Part shown: positions 41,801 to 50,984 of the stretch, in pieces | How positions within the stretch are numbered: the first letter of the stretch is position 1 | Layout: every line of letters begins with the position of its first letter | Origin: Trypanosoma brucei | Lineage: Eukaryota | Assembly: GCA_000002445.1 (NCBI GenBank) | Contig: CH464491.1 | Coordinates: forward strand, 3,008,001-3,072,000 | DNA: 64,000 bases | Direction: 5' to 3' | Made by a program: the position numbers and the translations under genes | The notes under the pieces: model-generated | Told to the model about the DNA's origin: nothing | The model's database searches: none | Seen by the model: the letters and a program-made list of their open reading frames with translations, nothing else

Positions 41801-44800
41801 ATTCGTGAGGGTTTTGTTGATGATTTGCAATCACAGGGTTCTCAACATTCTAAACGTTCTGAATCCAAGAAGGAGTTGCAGGAATCACTACATTCCAACA
41901 AGTCTGCAGTGAAGGATGGTGAACCTGAACTTGAGGCTTCTCAAGGTTCGAAGAAGTCACAGCGGTCCCGTGAGTCTATTCGTGAGGGTTTTGTTGATGA
42001 TTTGCAATCACAGGGTTCTCAACATTCTAAACGTTCTGAATCCAAGAAGGAGTTGCAGGAATCATTGCATTCCAACAAGTCTGCAGTGAAGGATGGTGAA
42101 CCTGAACTTGAGGCTTCTCAAGGTTCGAAGAAGTCACAGCGGTCCCGTGAGTCTATTCGTGAGGGTTTTGTTGATGATTTGCAATCACAGGGTTCTCAAC
42201 ATTCTAAACGTTCTGAATCCAAGAAGGAGTTGCAGGAATCATTGCATTCCAACAAGTCTGCAGTGAAGGATGGTGAACCTGAACTTGAGGCTTCTCAAGG
42301 TTCGAAGAAGTCACAGCGGTCCCGTGAGTCTATTCGTGAGGGTTTTGTTGATGATTTGCAATCACAGGGTTCTCAACATTCTAAACGTTCTGAATCCAAG
42401 AAGGAGTTGCAGGAATCACTACATTCCAACAAGTCTGCAGTGAAGGATGGTGAACCTGAACTTGAGGCTTCTCAAGGTTCGAAGAAGTCACAGCGGTCCC
42501 GTGAGTCTATTCGTGAAGGTCTTGCTGATGATTTGCAATCACAGGGTTCTCAACATTCTAAACGTTCTGAATCCAAGAAGGAGTTGCAGGAATCATTGCA
42601 TTCCAACAAGTCTGCAGTGAAGGATGGTGAACCTGAACTTGAGGCTTCTCAAGGTTCGAAGAAGTCACAGCGGTCCCGTGAGTCTATTCGTGAGGGTTTT
42701 GTTGATGATTTGCAATCACAGGGTTCTCAACATTCTAAACGTTCTGAATCCAAGAAGGAGTTGCAGGAATCACTACATTCCAACAAGTCTGCAGTGAAGG
42801 ATGGTGAACCTGAACTTGAGGCTTCTCAAGGTTCGAAGAAGTCACAGCGGTCCCGTGAGTCTATTCGTGAGGGTTTTGTTGATGATTTGCAATCACAGGG
42901 TTCTCAACATTCTAAACGTTCTGAATCCAAGAAGGAGTTGCAGGAATCATTGCATTCCAACAAGTCTGCAGTGAAGGATGGTGAACCTGAACTTGAGGCT
43001 TCTCAAGGTTCGAAGAAGTCACAGCGGTCCCGTGAGTCTATTCGTGAGGGTTTTGTTGATGATTTGCAATCACAGGGTTCTCAACATTCTAAACGTTCTG
43101 AATCCAAGAAGGAGTTGCAGGAATCACTACATTCCAACAAGTCTGCAGTGAAGGATGGTGAACCTGAACTTGAGGCTTCTCAAGGTTCGAAGAAGTCACA
43201 GCGGTCCCGTGAGTCTATTCGTGAGGGTTTTGTTGATGATTTGCAATCACAGGGTTCTCAACATTCTAAACGTTCTGAATCCAAGAAGGAGTTGCAGGAA
43301 TCACTACATTCCAACAAGTCTGCAGTGAAGGATGGTGAACCTGAACTTGAGGCTTCTCAAGGTTCGAAGAAGTCACAGCGGTCCCGTGAGTCTATTCGTG
43401 AAGGTCTTGCTGATGATTTGCAATCACAGGGTTCTCAACATTCTAAACGTTCTGAATCCAAGAAGGAGTTGCAGGAATCACTACATTCCAACAAGTCTGC
43501 AGTGAAGGATGGTGAACCTGAACTTGAGGCTTCTCAAGGTTCGAAGAAGTCACAGCGGTCCCGTGAGTCTATTCGTGAGGGTTTTGTTGATGATTTGCAA
43601 TCACAGGGTTCTCAACATTCTAAACGTTCTGAATCCAAGAAGGAGTTGCAGGAATCATTGCATTCCAACAAGTCTGCAGTGAAGGATGGTGAACCTGAAC
43701 TTGAGGCTTCTCAAGGTTCGAAGAAGTCACAGCGGTCCCGTGAGTCTATTCGTGAGGGTTTTGTTGATGATTTGCAATCACAGGGTTCTCAACATTCTAA
43801 ACGTTCTGAATCCAAGAAGGAGTTGCAGGAATCACTACATTCCAACAAGTCTGCAGTGAAGGATGGTGAACCTGAACTTGAGGCTTCTCAAGGTTCGAAG
43901 AAGTCACAGCGGTCCCGTGAGTCTATTCGTGAAGGTCTTGCTGATGATTTGCAATCACAGGGTTCTCAACATTCTAAACGTTCTGAATCCAAGAAGGAGT
44001 TGCAGGAATCACTACATTCCAACAAGTCTGCAGTGAAGGATGGTGAACCTGAACTTGAGGCTTCTCAAGGTTCGAAGAAGTCACAGCGGTCCCGTGAGTC
44101 TATTCGTGAGGGTTTTGTTGATGATTTGCAATCACAGGGTTCTCAACATTCTAAACGTTCTGAATCCAAGAAGGAGTTGCAGGAATCATTGCATTCCAAC
44201 AAGTCTGCAGTGAAGGATGGTGAACCTGAACTTGAGGCTTCTCAAGGTTCGAAGAAGTCACAGCGGTCCCGTGAGTCTATTCGTGAGGGTTTTGTTGATG
44301 ATTTGCAATCACAGGGTTCTCAACATTCTAAACGTTCTGAATCCAAGAAGGAGTTGCAGGAATCATTGCATTCCAACAAGTCTGCAGTGAAGGATGGTGA
44401 ACCTGAACTTGAGGCTTCTCAAGGTTCGAAGAAGTCACAGCGGTCCCGTGAGTCTATTCGTGAGGGTTTTGTTGATGATTTGCAATCACAGGGTTCTCAA
44501 CATTCTAAACGTTCTGAGTCCAAGAAGGAGTTGCAGGAATCACTACATTCCAACAAGTCTGCAGTGATGACTAATGGCTTCTCTGTTGATGTTAGGAATT
44601 CTGGTGGTTGTCGACAGGAAAAGAACTTTTCGGATTGTGTTGGACCGTTGTTTTCCTCGAGGTCGCATTTGTCTGTTCACATGGATACACGTGGTGATGT
44701 TGATGTTTCTCCTCCTTTTCATGATATTTCTAGTGCTGGTGCTGGTGCTGAAGCTCCGCTGTCAATGGGACAGTCTGTTTCTTCTTTAGATGCTTTACCG

Positions 44801-44833
44801 ATGCCGGAGTTTGTTGGGCCGCTTAAAGGTTAA
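38855..44833 (+). CDS. Large repeat protein of 1992 aa. It has a unique basic/acidic N-terminal region of ~460 aa, then 24 tandem 59-aa repeats, then a unique C-terminal ~90 aa. An alternative start is at 39131 (MSNLNDSEKA).
   Basis: Uninterrupted ORF through the repeat array. The unit is QSQGSQHSKRSESKKELQESLHSNKSAVKDGEPELEASQGSKKSQRSRESIREGF(A/V)DDL. Confidence 0.75.
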   Translation: MLSVYKPRFLTGEKGRGDGRGGKHGRQTLLGPPSRGAVWPAVAGGGAWPIAAPVHLSPLPVPVATSHWALSGCRLPATIPTGKRLIGSCVNEMSNLNDSEKAICELMVGFLEHKSATEAECIMSEVDEMVCSRRLLSQYSGVYASKCPGDANGGKDEPLRGKTQLIRFLRQQQEEKEEREKNWEQRRRQRIAREAAERRESRERWKKMFLHNVEGKSKREALPKTAKRKAQIGRCIDKEAANIKHKQRRCEDEDFRLTSLSDSTFTDSLCGYPQHVPNVARPIRVPAATERFANASEKLTREVAGAQYIRVPREMPTSIRVASSDSENTEDIIEKTDKLVGDRLEVFKQRQNTNDTRSKESFIAAIQKSYSAQGDERPLTTTENQQQMTKKDNQLRSTEVEKKTQDPTSITATIRYTKQEDDIKNKQNAISERGLSTSTNQKQTETLITSNNQHSVDERHQSDDRQHSKRSESKKELQESLHSNKSAVKDGEPELEASQGSKKSQRSRESIREGFADDLQSQGSQHSKRSESKKELQESLHSNKSAVKDGEPELEASQGSKKSQRSRESIREGLADDLQSQGSQHSKRSESKKELQESLHSNKSAVKDGEPELEASQGSKKSQRSRESIREGFVDDLQSQGSQHSKRSESKKELQESLHSNKSAVKDGEPELEASQGSKKSQRSRESIREGLADDLQSQGSQHSKRSESKKELQESLHSNKSAVKDGEPELEASQGSKKSQRSRESIREGFADDLQSQGSQHSKRSESKKELQESLHSNKSAVKDGEPELEASQGSKKSQRSRESIREGLADDLQSQGSQHSKRSESKKELQESLHSNKSAVKDGEPELEASQGSKKSQRSRESIREGFVDDLQSQGSQHSKRSESKKELQESLHSNKSAVKDGEPELEASQGSKKSQRSRESIREGFVDDLQSQGSQHSKRSESKKELQESLHSNKSAVKDGEPELEASQGSKKSQRSRESIREGFVDDLQSQGSQHSKRSESKKELQESLHSNKSAVKDGEPELEASQGSKKSQRSRESIREGFVDDLQSQGSQHSKRSESKKELQESLHSNKSAVKDGEPELEASQGSKKSQRSRESIREGFVDDLQSQGSQHSKRSESKKELQESLHSNKSAVKDGEPELEASQGSKKSQRSRESIREGFVDDLQSQGSQHSKRSESKKELQESLHSNKSAVKDGEPELEASQGSKKSQRSRESIREGLADDLQSQGSQHSKRSESKKELQESLHSNKSAVKDGEPELEASQGSKKSQRSRESIREGFVDDLQSQGSQHSKRSESKKELQESLHSNKSAVKDGEPELEASQGSKKSQRSRESIREGFVDDLQSQGSQHSKRSESKKELQESLHSNKSAVKDGEPELEASQGSKKSQRSRESIREGFVDDLQSQGSQHSKRSESKKELQESLHSNKSAVKDGEPELEASQGSKKSQRSRESIREGFVDDLQSQGSQHSKRSESKKELQESLHSNKSAVKDGEPELEASQGSKKSQRSRESIREGLADDLQSQGSQHSKRSESKKELQESLHSNKSAVKDGEPELEASQGSKKSQRSRESIREGFVDDLQSQGSQHSKRSESKKELQESLHSNKSAVKDGEPELEASQGSKKSQRSRESIREGFVDDLQSQGSQHSKRSESKKELQESLHSNKSAVKDGEPELEASQGSKKSQRSRESIREGLADDLQSQGSQHSKRSESKKELQESLHSNKSAVKDGEPELEASQGSKKSQRSRESIREGFVDDLQSQGSQHSKRSESKKELQESLHSNKSAVKDGEPELEASQGSKKSQRSRESIREGFVDDLQSQGSQHSKRSESKKELQESLHSNKSAVKDGEPELEASQGSKKSQRSRESIREGFVDDLQSQGSQHSKRSESKKELQESLHSNKSAVMTNGFSVDVRNSGGCRQEKNFSDCVGPLFSSRSHLSVHMDTRGDVDVSPPFHDISSAGAGAEAPLSMGQSVSSLDALPMPEFVGPLKG
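40253..44567 (+). repeat. Perfect-to-near-perfect tandem array of 24.4 units of 177 bp (59 codons, in frame), inside the CDS
   Basis: The anchors cactccaaacgttctgaatccaagaagg at 40253 and cattctaaacgttctgaatccaagaagg at 40430 give a period of 177. The few variant sites (ttt/ctt, gct/gtt, cta/ttg) define three unit subtypes. Confidence 0.95.
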
Positions 44834-45163
44834 ATTTTTTGTCGTTTAATTTTTTCTCTGTCCCTAAAATTCTAACAATTTTTATATACGTTGTGTTGCT
44901 ATAATATTAGTCTGCTTGTTGTTGTTCCTTTATTATTTGATTGAGAAATATTTCGTTGAGTTTATTTTGATTATATGTGGATCTGTTTCAACGGGATTGT
45001 TTGCTTTTGTTGTGTTTATACTTTCCCCCTGTTGTTATCGTTTCTTTGTCCGATTTATTATACAATATAAAGTTGCTTAGTTCTCTTTAATATTCACTTA
45101 CCTTTCCTGCTACGTATGTATTTTCCTTTTTGTGATATGTAAGTTATGTCTATGCACTACGTG

Positions 45164-45181
45164 GTGTGTGTGTGTGTGTGT
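45164..45181. repeat. (GT)9 microsatellite
   Basis: gtgtgtgtgtgtgtgtgt. Confidence 0.9.
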
Positions 45182-45647
45182 CTTGCTGGGGCATGTGGTT
45201 GTCCCTACTTTTGTCTTTGGAGAGGGGAGTTGTAAGTGGTGAATTAGAGATTCTGAAGCTCTCGTGGGCCGTGCCTCATGTCGGTCGCGTGGCTGTAACT
45301 TTGTCTTAGTGGTTTGCTTCTGCGCTTACTTTTCATCCCCTGTGTTGCAACGGTGTCAGTGTATGCCTGCATATGTATTTTCGTTTTCATACTTATATAT
45401 ATATACAAGACTTCGGGAGTTTGCTTGCACCCGAGATGCTGTTGCTAGTGTCGTCGTAGTGGCGGGTTCTATTCTACTAGGGGCTCGTCTCCTTTTTGTT
45501 ATTCATGAACCTCAATCCGTGTTTTTAACGGGGAGCTCAGTCATTTCTACCGTCTCTCCCCGCCTTGTTTTGTGTATATGCCCAGAGGGGACAACAGGAC
45601 ACACAGGTAGGTGCTGTTCTTTTGCTTGGTGAGTATTTCGTTGCAAC

Positions 45648-47366
45648 ATGTTTAAACGCACCCGAGGTGAAGATGAAGTAGTTGAGGTGTACGCAACTCT
45701 ACTACGGCAGAGTGGGGCTCGTGCCATTGAGCGTATACGTCAGCGACGTGGCAGCGGTACCAACAGCGTCATGCCGATTGATGCCCTCGTCATTCGTTAC
45801 GCTATGTGGTTTCTTGATACGTCCGCGTTCCCCGCTGTCAGTTATGTAACGCAAGCGCAGCGGGTCGTGACGGAGGCGATTGAGCGCGTTTCGTACCCAC
45901 AACATTTCAGTTTTATTCCACTTTCGACGCTTGTGGAATGTCTTGTGTCAGAGAACACAGCAGAGGTTATGCAACAGACAGTCGTCTCCATTGAAGAATT
46001 TATTGATGCTCGAGATGCGTTGGGAAGGTGGATTGACGAAAATATTGGTAACGCAGGCGGGGAACGGTACGAACGATACAACCATTACAGCGGCGGCGAA
46101 AAAGATGAAGAGGCTGAGATTGCTCTTGAGCGGGCGGGCATACTGTGGCGCAGTGCGTTGTACTGGGTGGCGGTATTTGAATACATTGAGGCCCTCTCGC
46201 TCAGCAGTGCTAAGGTAAATGTCTTCGCATTACGACCCAGGTATGAACAGGAGTTAATGAATCTGCTCAACTCTATTGCAGCACCCAAAGACTCGGTGTA
46301 CTGGAAACGGCAACAGGGTGTGAATGCCCCTACCGACAATCTTTCGATGCTGCCATTAAGCGCGAGTGCCACTACCCGTGACGGTGGCGAAATAGCTGAT
46401 AGCTCAACCGAAGGAGAGGACACGGAGAGGATGCAAGCAGACGGCGGTGACAACACTTCGTCTCGTGCAACAGAGCCGACTACGGCAACAAAGGAGGCGG
46501 ATCCTAATGAGGTTGGTAGTGACGCCACTGATGGGATTGGCAAGCTTTTGGTCGATCTTATAGCACTTGTGAACTGTCCTTCTGAGACCCCTGGGTCTGG
46601 TACTAGAATAAACCCAATGTTTTACACCATGGTTCATGCACGGCTGAATGTTATTGCGGCCTGTGAACGCCTTAACCGCTTTGGTAGCTCTGCGCGTGTC
46701 GCTCCCCCGCCGCTCACCGCGTCATTGCAGTCGCTTCAATCTCAGCGTGAGGCTCTCAATGCTGGTCGGCATCGGCGTGATGCTCACTTAGAAACCAGTG
46801 GGGAAATTGGACTTCCGTTGGATTTTGTGCCAAGTGAGGCGTACCTGCGGGCGGCACTGGAGAGGGAAAATATCACGCTTGAGGAGGACGAGGAGCTTTT
46901 CAAGGATGAGATTGTAGACTACTATAAGCGTCAGCAACAGCATCAACATGCCCCACCACGCGATAGGAGTGGCCCAAAGGAGCCCACCGTCTTGATGAAA
47001 CCGCATCGTTTCTGCAAGGTGAAGACAGGCTACACATGGACTCAGTACAATCGCACGCATTATGATGTACGCTCGAATCCCCCACCCCGAAGTGTGCTGT
47101 GGTATGAGTTTACCCTTTTTTACCCGGCACTCGCTAGCACGAAACGCGACATGAGCCGAATCTACCACATTGAAGACACATCCAGAGGATCCAAGGATGA
47201 TTACTGTGTGTTGGTGTTCTCAGTGGGGCCACCGTATGCGGATGTGGCCTATCAAATTGTTCGAAAGCAGTGGGACCCACGCCCGGGAGGGGTTCGCGCA
47301 AGTTTTGACAGCAGCGGTACTTATCGGCTTTTCTTCCGCTTTACCAACAGCAATTATCGACGGTAG
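45648..47366 (+). CDS. Cactin homolog (spliceosome-associated protein). Only the conserved C-terminal domain is recognisable.
   Basis: The C-terminus FCKVKTGYTWTQYNRTHYDVRSNPPPRSVLWYEFTLFYPAL matches the cactin C-terminal signature (KTGYEWNKYNQTHYD..NPPPK.VQGYKFNIFYPDL). Confidence 0.7.
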   Translation: MFKRTRGEDEVVEVYATLLRQSGARAIERIRQRRGSGTNSVMPIDALVIRYAMWFLDTSAFPAVSYVTQAQRVVTEAIERVSYPQHFSFIPLSTLVECLVSENTAEVMQQTVVSIEEFIDARDALGRWIDENIGNAGGERYERYNHYSGGEKDEEAEIALERAGILWRSALYWVAVFEYIEALSLSSAKVNVFALRPRYEQELMNLLNSIAAPKDSVYWKRQQGVNAPTDNLSMLPLSASATTRDGGEIADSSTEGEDTERMQADGGDNTSSRATEPTTATKEADPNEVGSDATDGIGKLLVDLIALVNCPSETPGSGTRINPMFYTMVHARLNVIAACERLNRFGSSARVAPPPLTASLQSLQSQREALNAGRHRRDAHLETSGEIGLPLDFVPSEAYLRAALERENITLEEDEELFKDEIVDYYKRQQQHQHAPPRDRSGPKEPTVLMKPHRFCKVKTGYTWTQYNRTHYDVRSNPPPRSVLWYEFTLFYPALASTKRDMSRIYHIEDTSRGSKDDYCVLVFSVGPPYADVAYQIVRKQWDPRPGGVRASFDSSGTYRLFFRFTNSNYRR

Positions 47367-47850
47367 GGTGATTGGCCCCTGGGTTTCTGTTTCTTTATTT
47401 CCCCATGCGGGTGCCGTTGGCGATTGGTTCCCGAGACCCAAAGGTAAGTGCGTCTGTGCGTGGTGGGGATATGCATGCGGTGACACAACAGTACCTGACT
47501 CGTACAAAGATGTCACTAATGCTGGGGTTGTTTTTTGAATGCCAATATGTGTGGCATCTCCGTGTGTGCAGAGTACCACCACTGCGCCCTCTCTATTTCT
47601 TTTCCTCTCCTCCACCCTTCCAGTCAGCAGCAAACCGAATTGACTGTTTTGGCCTCCGATCGCTCGCCTGCTCATATTTTTTTCTTGCTTCTACCTCTCC
47701 ACGGTTCTATTTGCACACATTGAGATCGAGACAACTTGATCTGAGCTTAGTTTTCCGGGAGGGACCTAAGCTCCCTTCCGCTCAGTCCATATAAGTAGAT
47801 ATATCTACACGAAATACGTTAGCGCGTTCGTCTAGCGGATCGAGGAAAAG

Positions 47851-48567
47851 ATGACCATTCTCCACAATCCCGGTCTTCCACGTGTTCTCAATCGCATCAC
47901 TCCACAGCGGCTTGAGCTAACGCTCATGCTGATAAAGGAGCGGAAAAAGAAACTGCGGTACCTTGGAAGTTACCTTCAGCACTACAACGATCGCACGTTT
48001 CTCTACAATGCCATGGGTGGCCTCAACGGCACGAAGTTTATCATTGAGAGGCACCACCACCGTGCACAGTACTGTCATCCAACACTTCACAATGAGCGGT
48101 ATTCTGTTCGCACCATAAAGATGAAGGGTGCTCAGTTTGATCAAGTAGGGAACTTTACCCGCAACACATGGGATTGCTCTGTGGCGACGACAAATTTGTT
48201 CCAGGACGCCACATTTCGCCGTCACCTCAGTGCCATTCATAAGGACGAGGCGATTGCGCTGCTGGAAGGATGGGGTGTGAAGTATGTCCTGCTCGACGAG
48301 GTTCGCAAGCCGTCTGTTCAGGACAGTATTTATGTTCGGCATAACCTCTACATCCACAAGTTTCCACATATCCCCGATCCGGTCACTAATGTGTATCACG
48401 GTGATGCCGATTGGAAGTGGAAGGGAGATGAAAAGATTGATTATACCTCATACGGAGCGTCGACCAAAGATGAACGCAACACATTTCAGAGTCTGTGGTC
48501 AGCAGCTGTTAGAGAGTCCAAAGATTCAGGTGTAGCGAAGACGGTGCAGGCAGGGAAAAAGTTGTAG
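47851..48567 (+). CDS. Hypothetical protein (238 aa), basic
   Basis: ORF in the same orientation as its neighbours, with good local spacing from them and no internal stops. No motif that I can assign. Confidence 0.45.
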   Translation: MTILHNPGLPRVLNRITPQRLELTLMLIKERKKKLRYLGSYLQHYNDRTFLYNAMGGLNGTKFIIERHHHRAQYCHPTLHNERYSVRTIKMKGAQFDQVGNFTRNTWDCSVATTNLFQDATFRRHLSAIHKDEAIALLEGWGVKYVLLDEVRKPSVQDSIYVRHNLYIHKFPHIPDPVTNVYHGDADWKWKGDEKIDYTSYGASTKDERNTFQSLWSAAVRESKDSGVAKTVQAGKKL

Positions 48568-49375
48568 AAGCCAGTGTTTGATCGGATAGCAATTGAGGCA
48601 TTTATAGGGAGGGTGTGGTATAAGTTAGGACGGTTGCAATAGCGACAATAGTAGTCTCTGTGTATGTGTGTTACTTGCCGGTCGCTGAGGCGACAGGAAA
48701 GGTTCAAAATGCGACTGTGGACGTACTGGGGATCGGGTGAGTAGCTTGTAAGAAAGAAGGCGGCCCGTCCGTACGGCGCTGCTGGTGCCGATATGTTAAT
48801 GTTAGCGAAGGGTGGGGGCGTATGCACGGGATCGTGAGCGTCGTCAGCATTTCTGTTGCGATCGAGTATGTTACATTATTGTTAGTTTTAATCCGTTCTT
48901 ATTACCGTTGCTCAGGTGTGTGTGGGTGTGGGTATACTTGTCTATATATTGGCTAGTGTTTACAAACGTCGAGTGTTTCGTTTACGTTTCGTGTTTGGGC
49001 CATCCCTGCATTCATTTCTTTGCAGGTAGGAGCTCATTTAATTTCTTTGTTCAAAAACGGAAGCACTTGTCTCTTTTCTCTACACGCACCCCTCTACGTA
49101 AAGTGTTTTGACCCCGATGCTCCAGTGGCCAGCTCTCATGCCCGTCAATGTAGCGATTCTGTGGAGGAGAACATCGAAGTACGTTGTAGTGAGTTAGGTG
49201 GATTACAAAATAGGGGAAGGGGGACGATGGAGGAGGTTGCATTTGGAGTGTGTTGGGCACCTCTTTTTCCCCTTTCACTTGATTCTTTCCCCTGTCTCCC
49301 CATTTTTTCTTTCGTGCCTTTTGAGTGAAGACCTGTAGGACAGAAACAGCTGCTATTTAGTTTTACATCTTAGCA

Positions 49376-50104
49376 ATGTTGCGTGGCACTCGTGGGTTTT
49401 TGGCGGTCTCGCCGGGCGTTGGGATCGCCCCGGAGACAACTCCCGTGAAATATACTCCGATGATGCTGAACATACAGAACATGATGTGGTGGAATGGGAA
49501 GCGCAACCTCTATCGTGCCACGTATCGGGAGAAAACGTGGTATGAGATAAGCCGCACAGGTGCATTCACCAAAGGACGGCGGCCAGTAATGAGGCAGAAA
49601 TATTCGCGTGAGGCGTTACAAGCGGCCCTAGCAATGGTGCCACCAGGGTTTGAGGTAGCTGATGTGCCACGGCCTCCGCAGAGGATTTTGGCGCAGTCAG
49701 AGGGTATCGTTGGTCGGTGGTATAGTAATTACTGGACTCTACATTCTATGAGGTATCAGTGCTTACTCGCCGGCGTAGAGTGGCCCCTCGGTGAGCGACA
49801 GCGACCGCGTACGAATTACGACGAACCGTTTTTCTTCGCAGACTTTGAGGAGAGCAAAGCAATACAGGACTACAGGAGTCGTTGGATCAACGTAAACCGG
49901 AGCCTGGTTGGTATGACGAAGCGTATGAAGGAGGCGGAGGAGGAGGCGCGCTACATGCAGTTCAGAAAATTGCAGGACACATTTTGGTCCAACCGCAAAG
50001 TTCTGGTTAACCGCGTGAAGTCGATGTATAATCAAGGTGCGAGAACCTCGGCTAAGGACATGCCCATCAAAACGATAAATATCAAGGCGTTTCTTTCGGA
50101 ATAA
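49376..50104 (+). CDS. Hypothetical protein (242 aa) with a basic N-terminus that looks like a mitochondrial targeting sequence
   Basis: MLRGTRGFLAVSPGVGIAPETTPVKY... is an Arg-rich amphipathic start. No assignable motif. Confidence 0.45.
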   Translation: MLRGTRGFLAVSPGVGIAPETTPVKYTPMMLNIQNMMWWNGKRNLYRATYREKTWYEISRTGAFTKGRRPVMRQKYSREALQAALAMVPPGFEVADVPRPPQRILAQSEGIVGRWYSNYWTLHSMRYQCLLAGVEWPLGERQRPRTNYDEPFFFADFEESKAIQDYRSRWINVNRSLVGMTKRMKEAEEEARYMQFRKLQDTFWSNRKVLVNRVKSMYNQGARTSAKDMPIKTINIKAFLSE

Positions 50105-50868
50105 GACAGTCAGTGTGAGTTTTGGGAAGGTAATACAACACGGTGGGTAAATGCGCAGTGTTGAGGAGGAGAGTTAACGCCAGAACCATCCTTCCTCCTT
50201 TTGACCGCGGTGCAAACCACACAAGCCTTCGCTTCTCACCGTTGTTTCTGTTTCGCAAAGCCATTGAGGATCAGTGCGGGGCTTTTCGTATCTGTTGTTG
50301 TTGACATTGTGTTCCTCAACATCGTGGAGGCTGCGTAATGTGTTTGCACAGCTGGTATGTGAAGTGCACCCTCAAAGGATTATGTGACCGCTTGACTTCT
50401 AGCCTGTTGCCGTGCTTGCGGTAACTCTATAGGGACCAGAGGTTTCGTCAACTTCGCTCAAATCCCACCTTCCCAAGCGTCCTCTTCAGGGCCTCTCGTT
50501 CAGTGGAGTTAGTCAGCCGTCCTTTCCCTCTTCCTTTATACCGTCAGGAATCCCTAGTGATTGCAATACATGAGAACCTACTGTGTATCGAGTGTAGGAC
50601 TTTGGCGCGGGTGATGCGTAGGGATTGTTTGCGTATGTTTGCCACTTGGCAACTCGAAGCGGGGCCAACTTTCTTCGCTTCGTGTGATGAAGTTACTAAA
50701 GTAGTGGCAGATTTCATGTCACTGGCTTGCGTGAAATCCTCTTGCTGAGTGTTCGACAACCCTTGCATCCTACCGCTATTTCTTATTGACCTCACTGCTT
50801 CTTTTCTTGGTCTGCCGTCTCTTTTGTTTGTACGCATAAAGGGACGGCGCGGCTGCCGACTGTAGGGG

Positions 50869-50871
<3 letters not shown>

Positions 50872-50903
<32 letters not shown>
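50872..50903. repeat. (TA)16 microsatellite
   Basis: atatatatatatatatatatatatatatatat, located immediately upstream of the MCM gene. Confidence 0.95.
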
Positions 50904-50906
<3 letters not shown>

Positions 50907-50984
50907 CACAGAAGCGAAGGATAGCTCATAGTATTAACGGTAGGGGTGGAAGTGCTAAGGCCGAACTAGCAAACGTGCGTTTTT

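Noticed and set aside
40253-44567. Possibility that the 177-bp direct repeats are a CRISPR array
   Set aside because: There are no spacers: units are contiguous and near-identical. The period is a multiple of 3 and maintains a long ORF. The genomic context is eukaryotic (kinetoplastid) with no cas genes.
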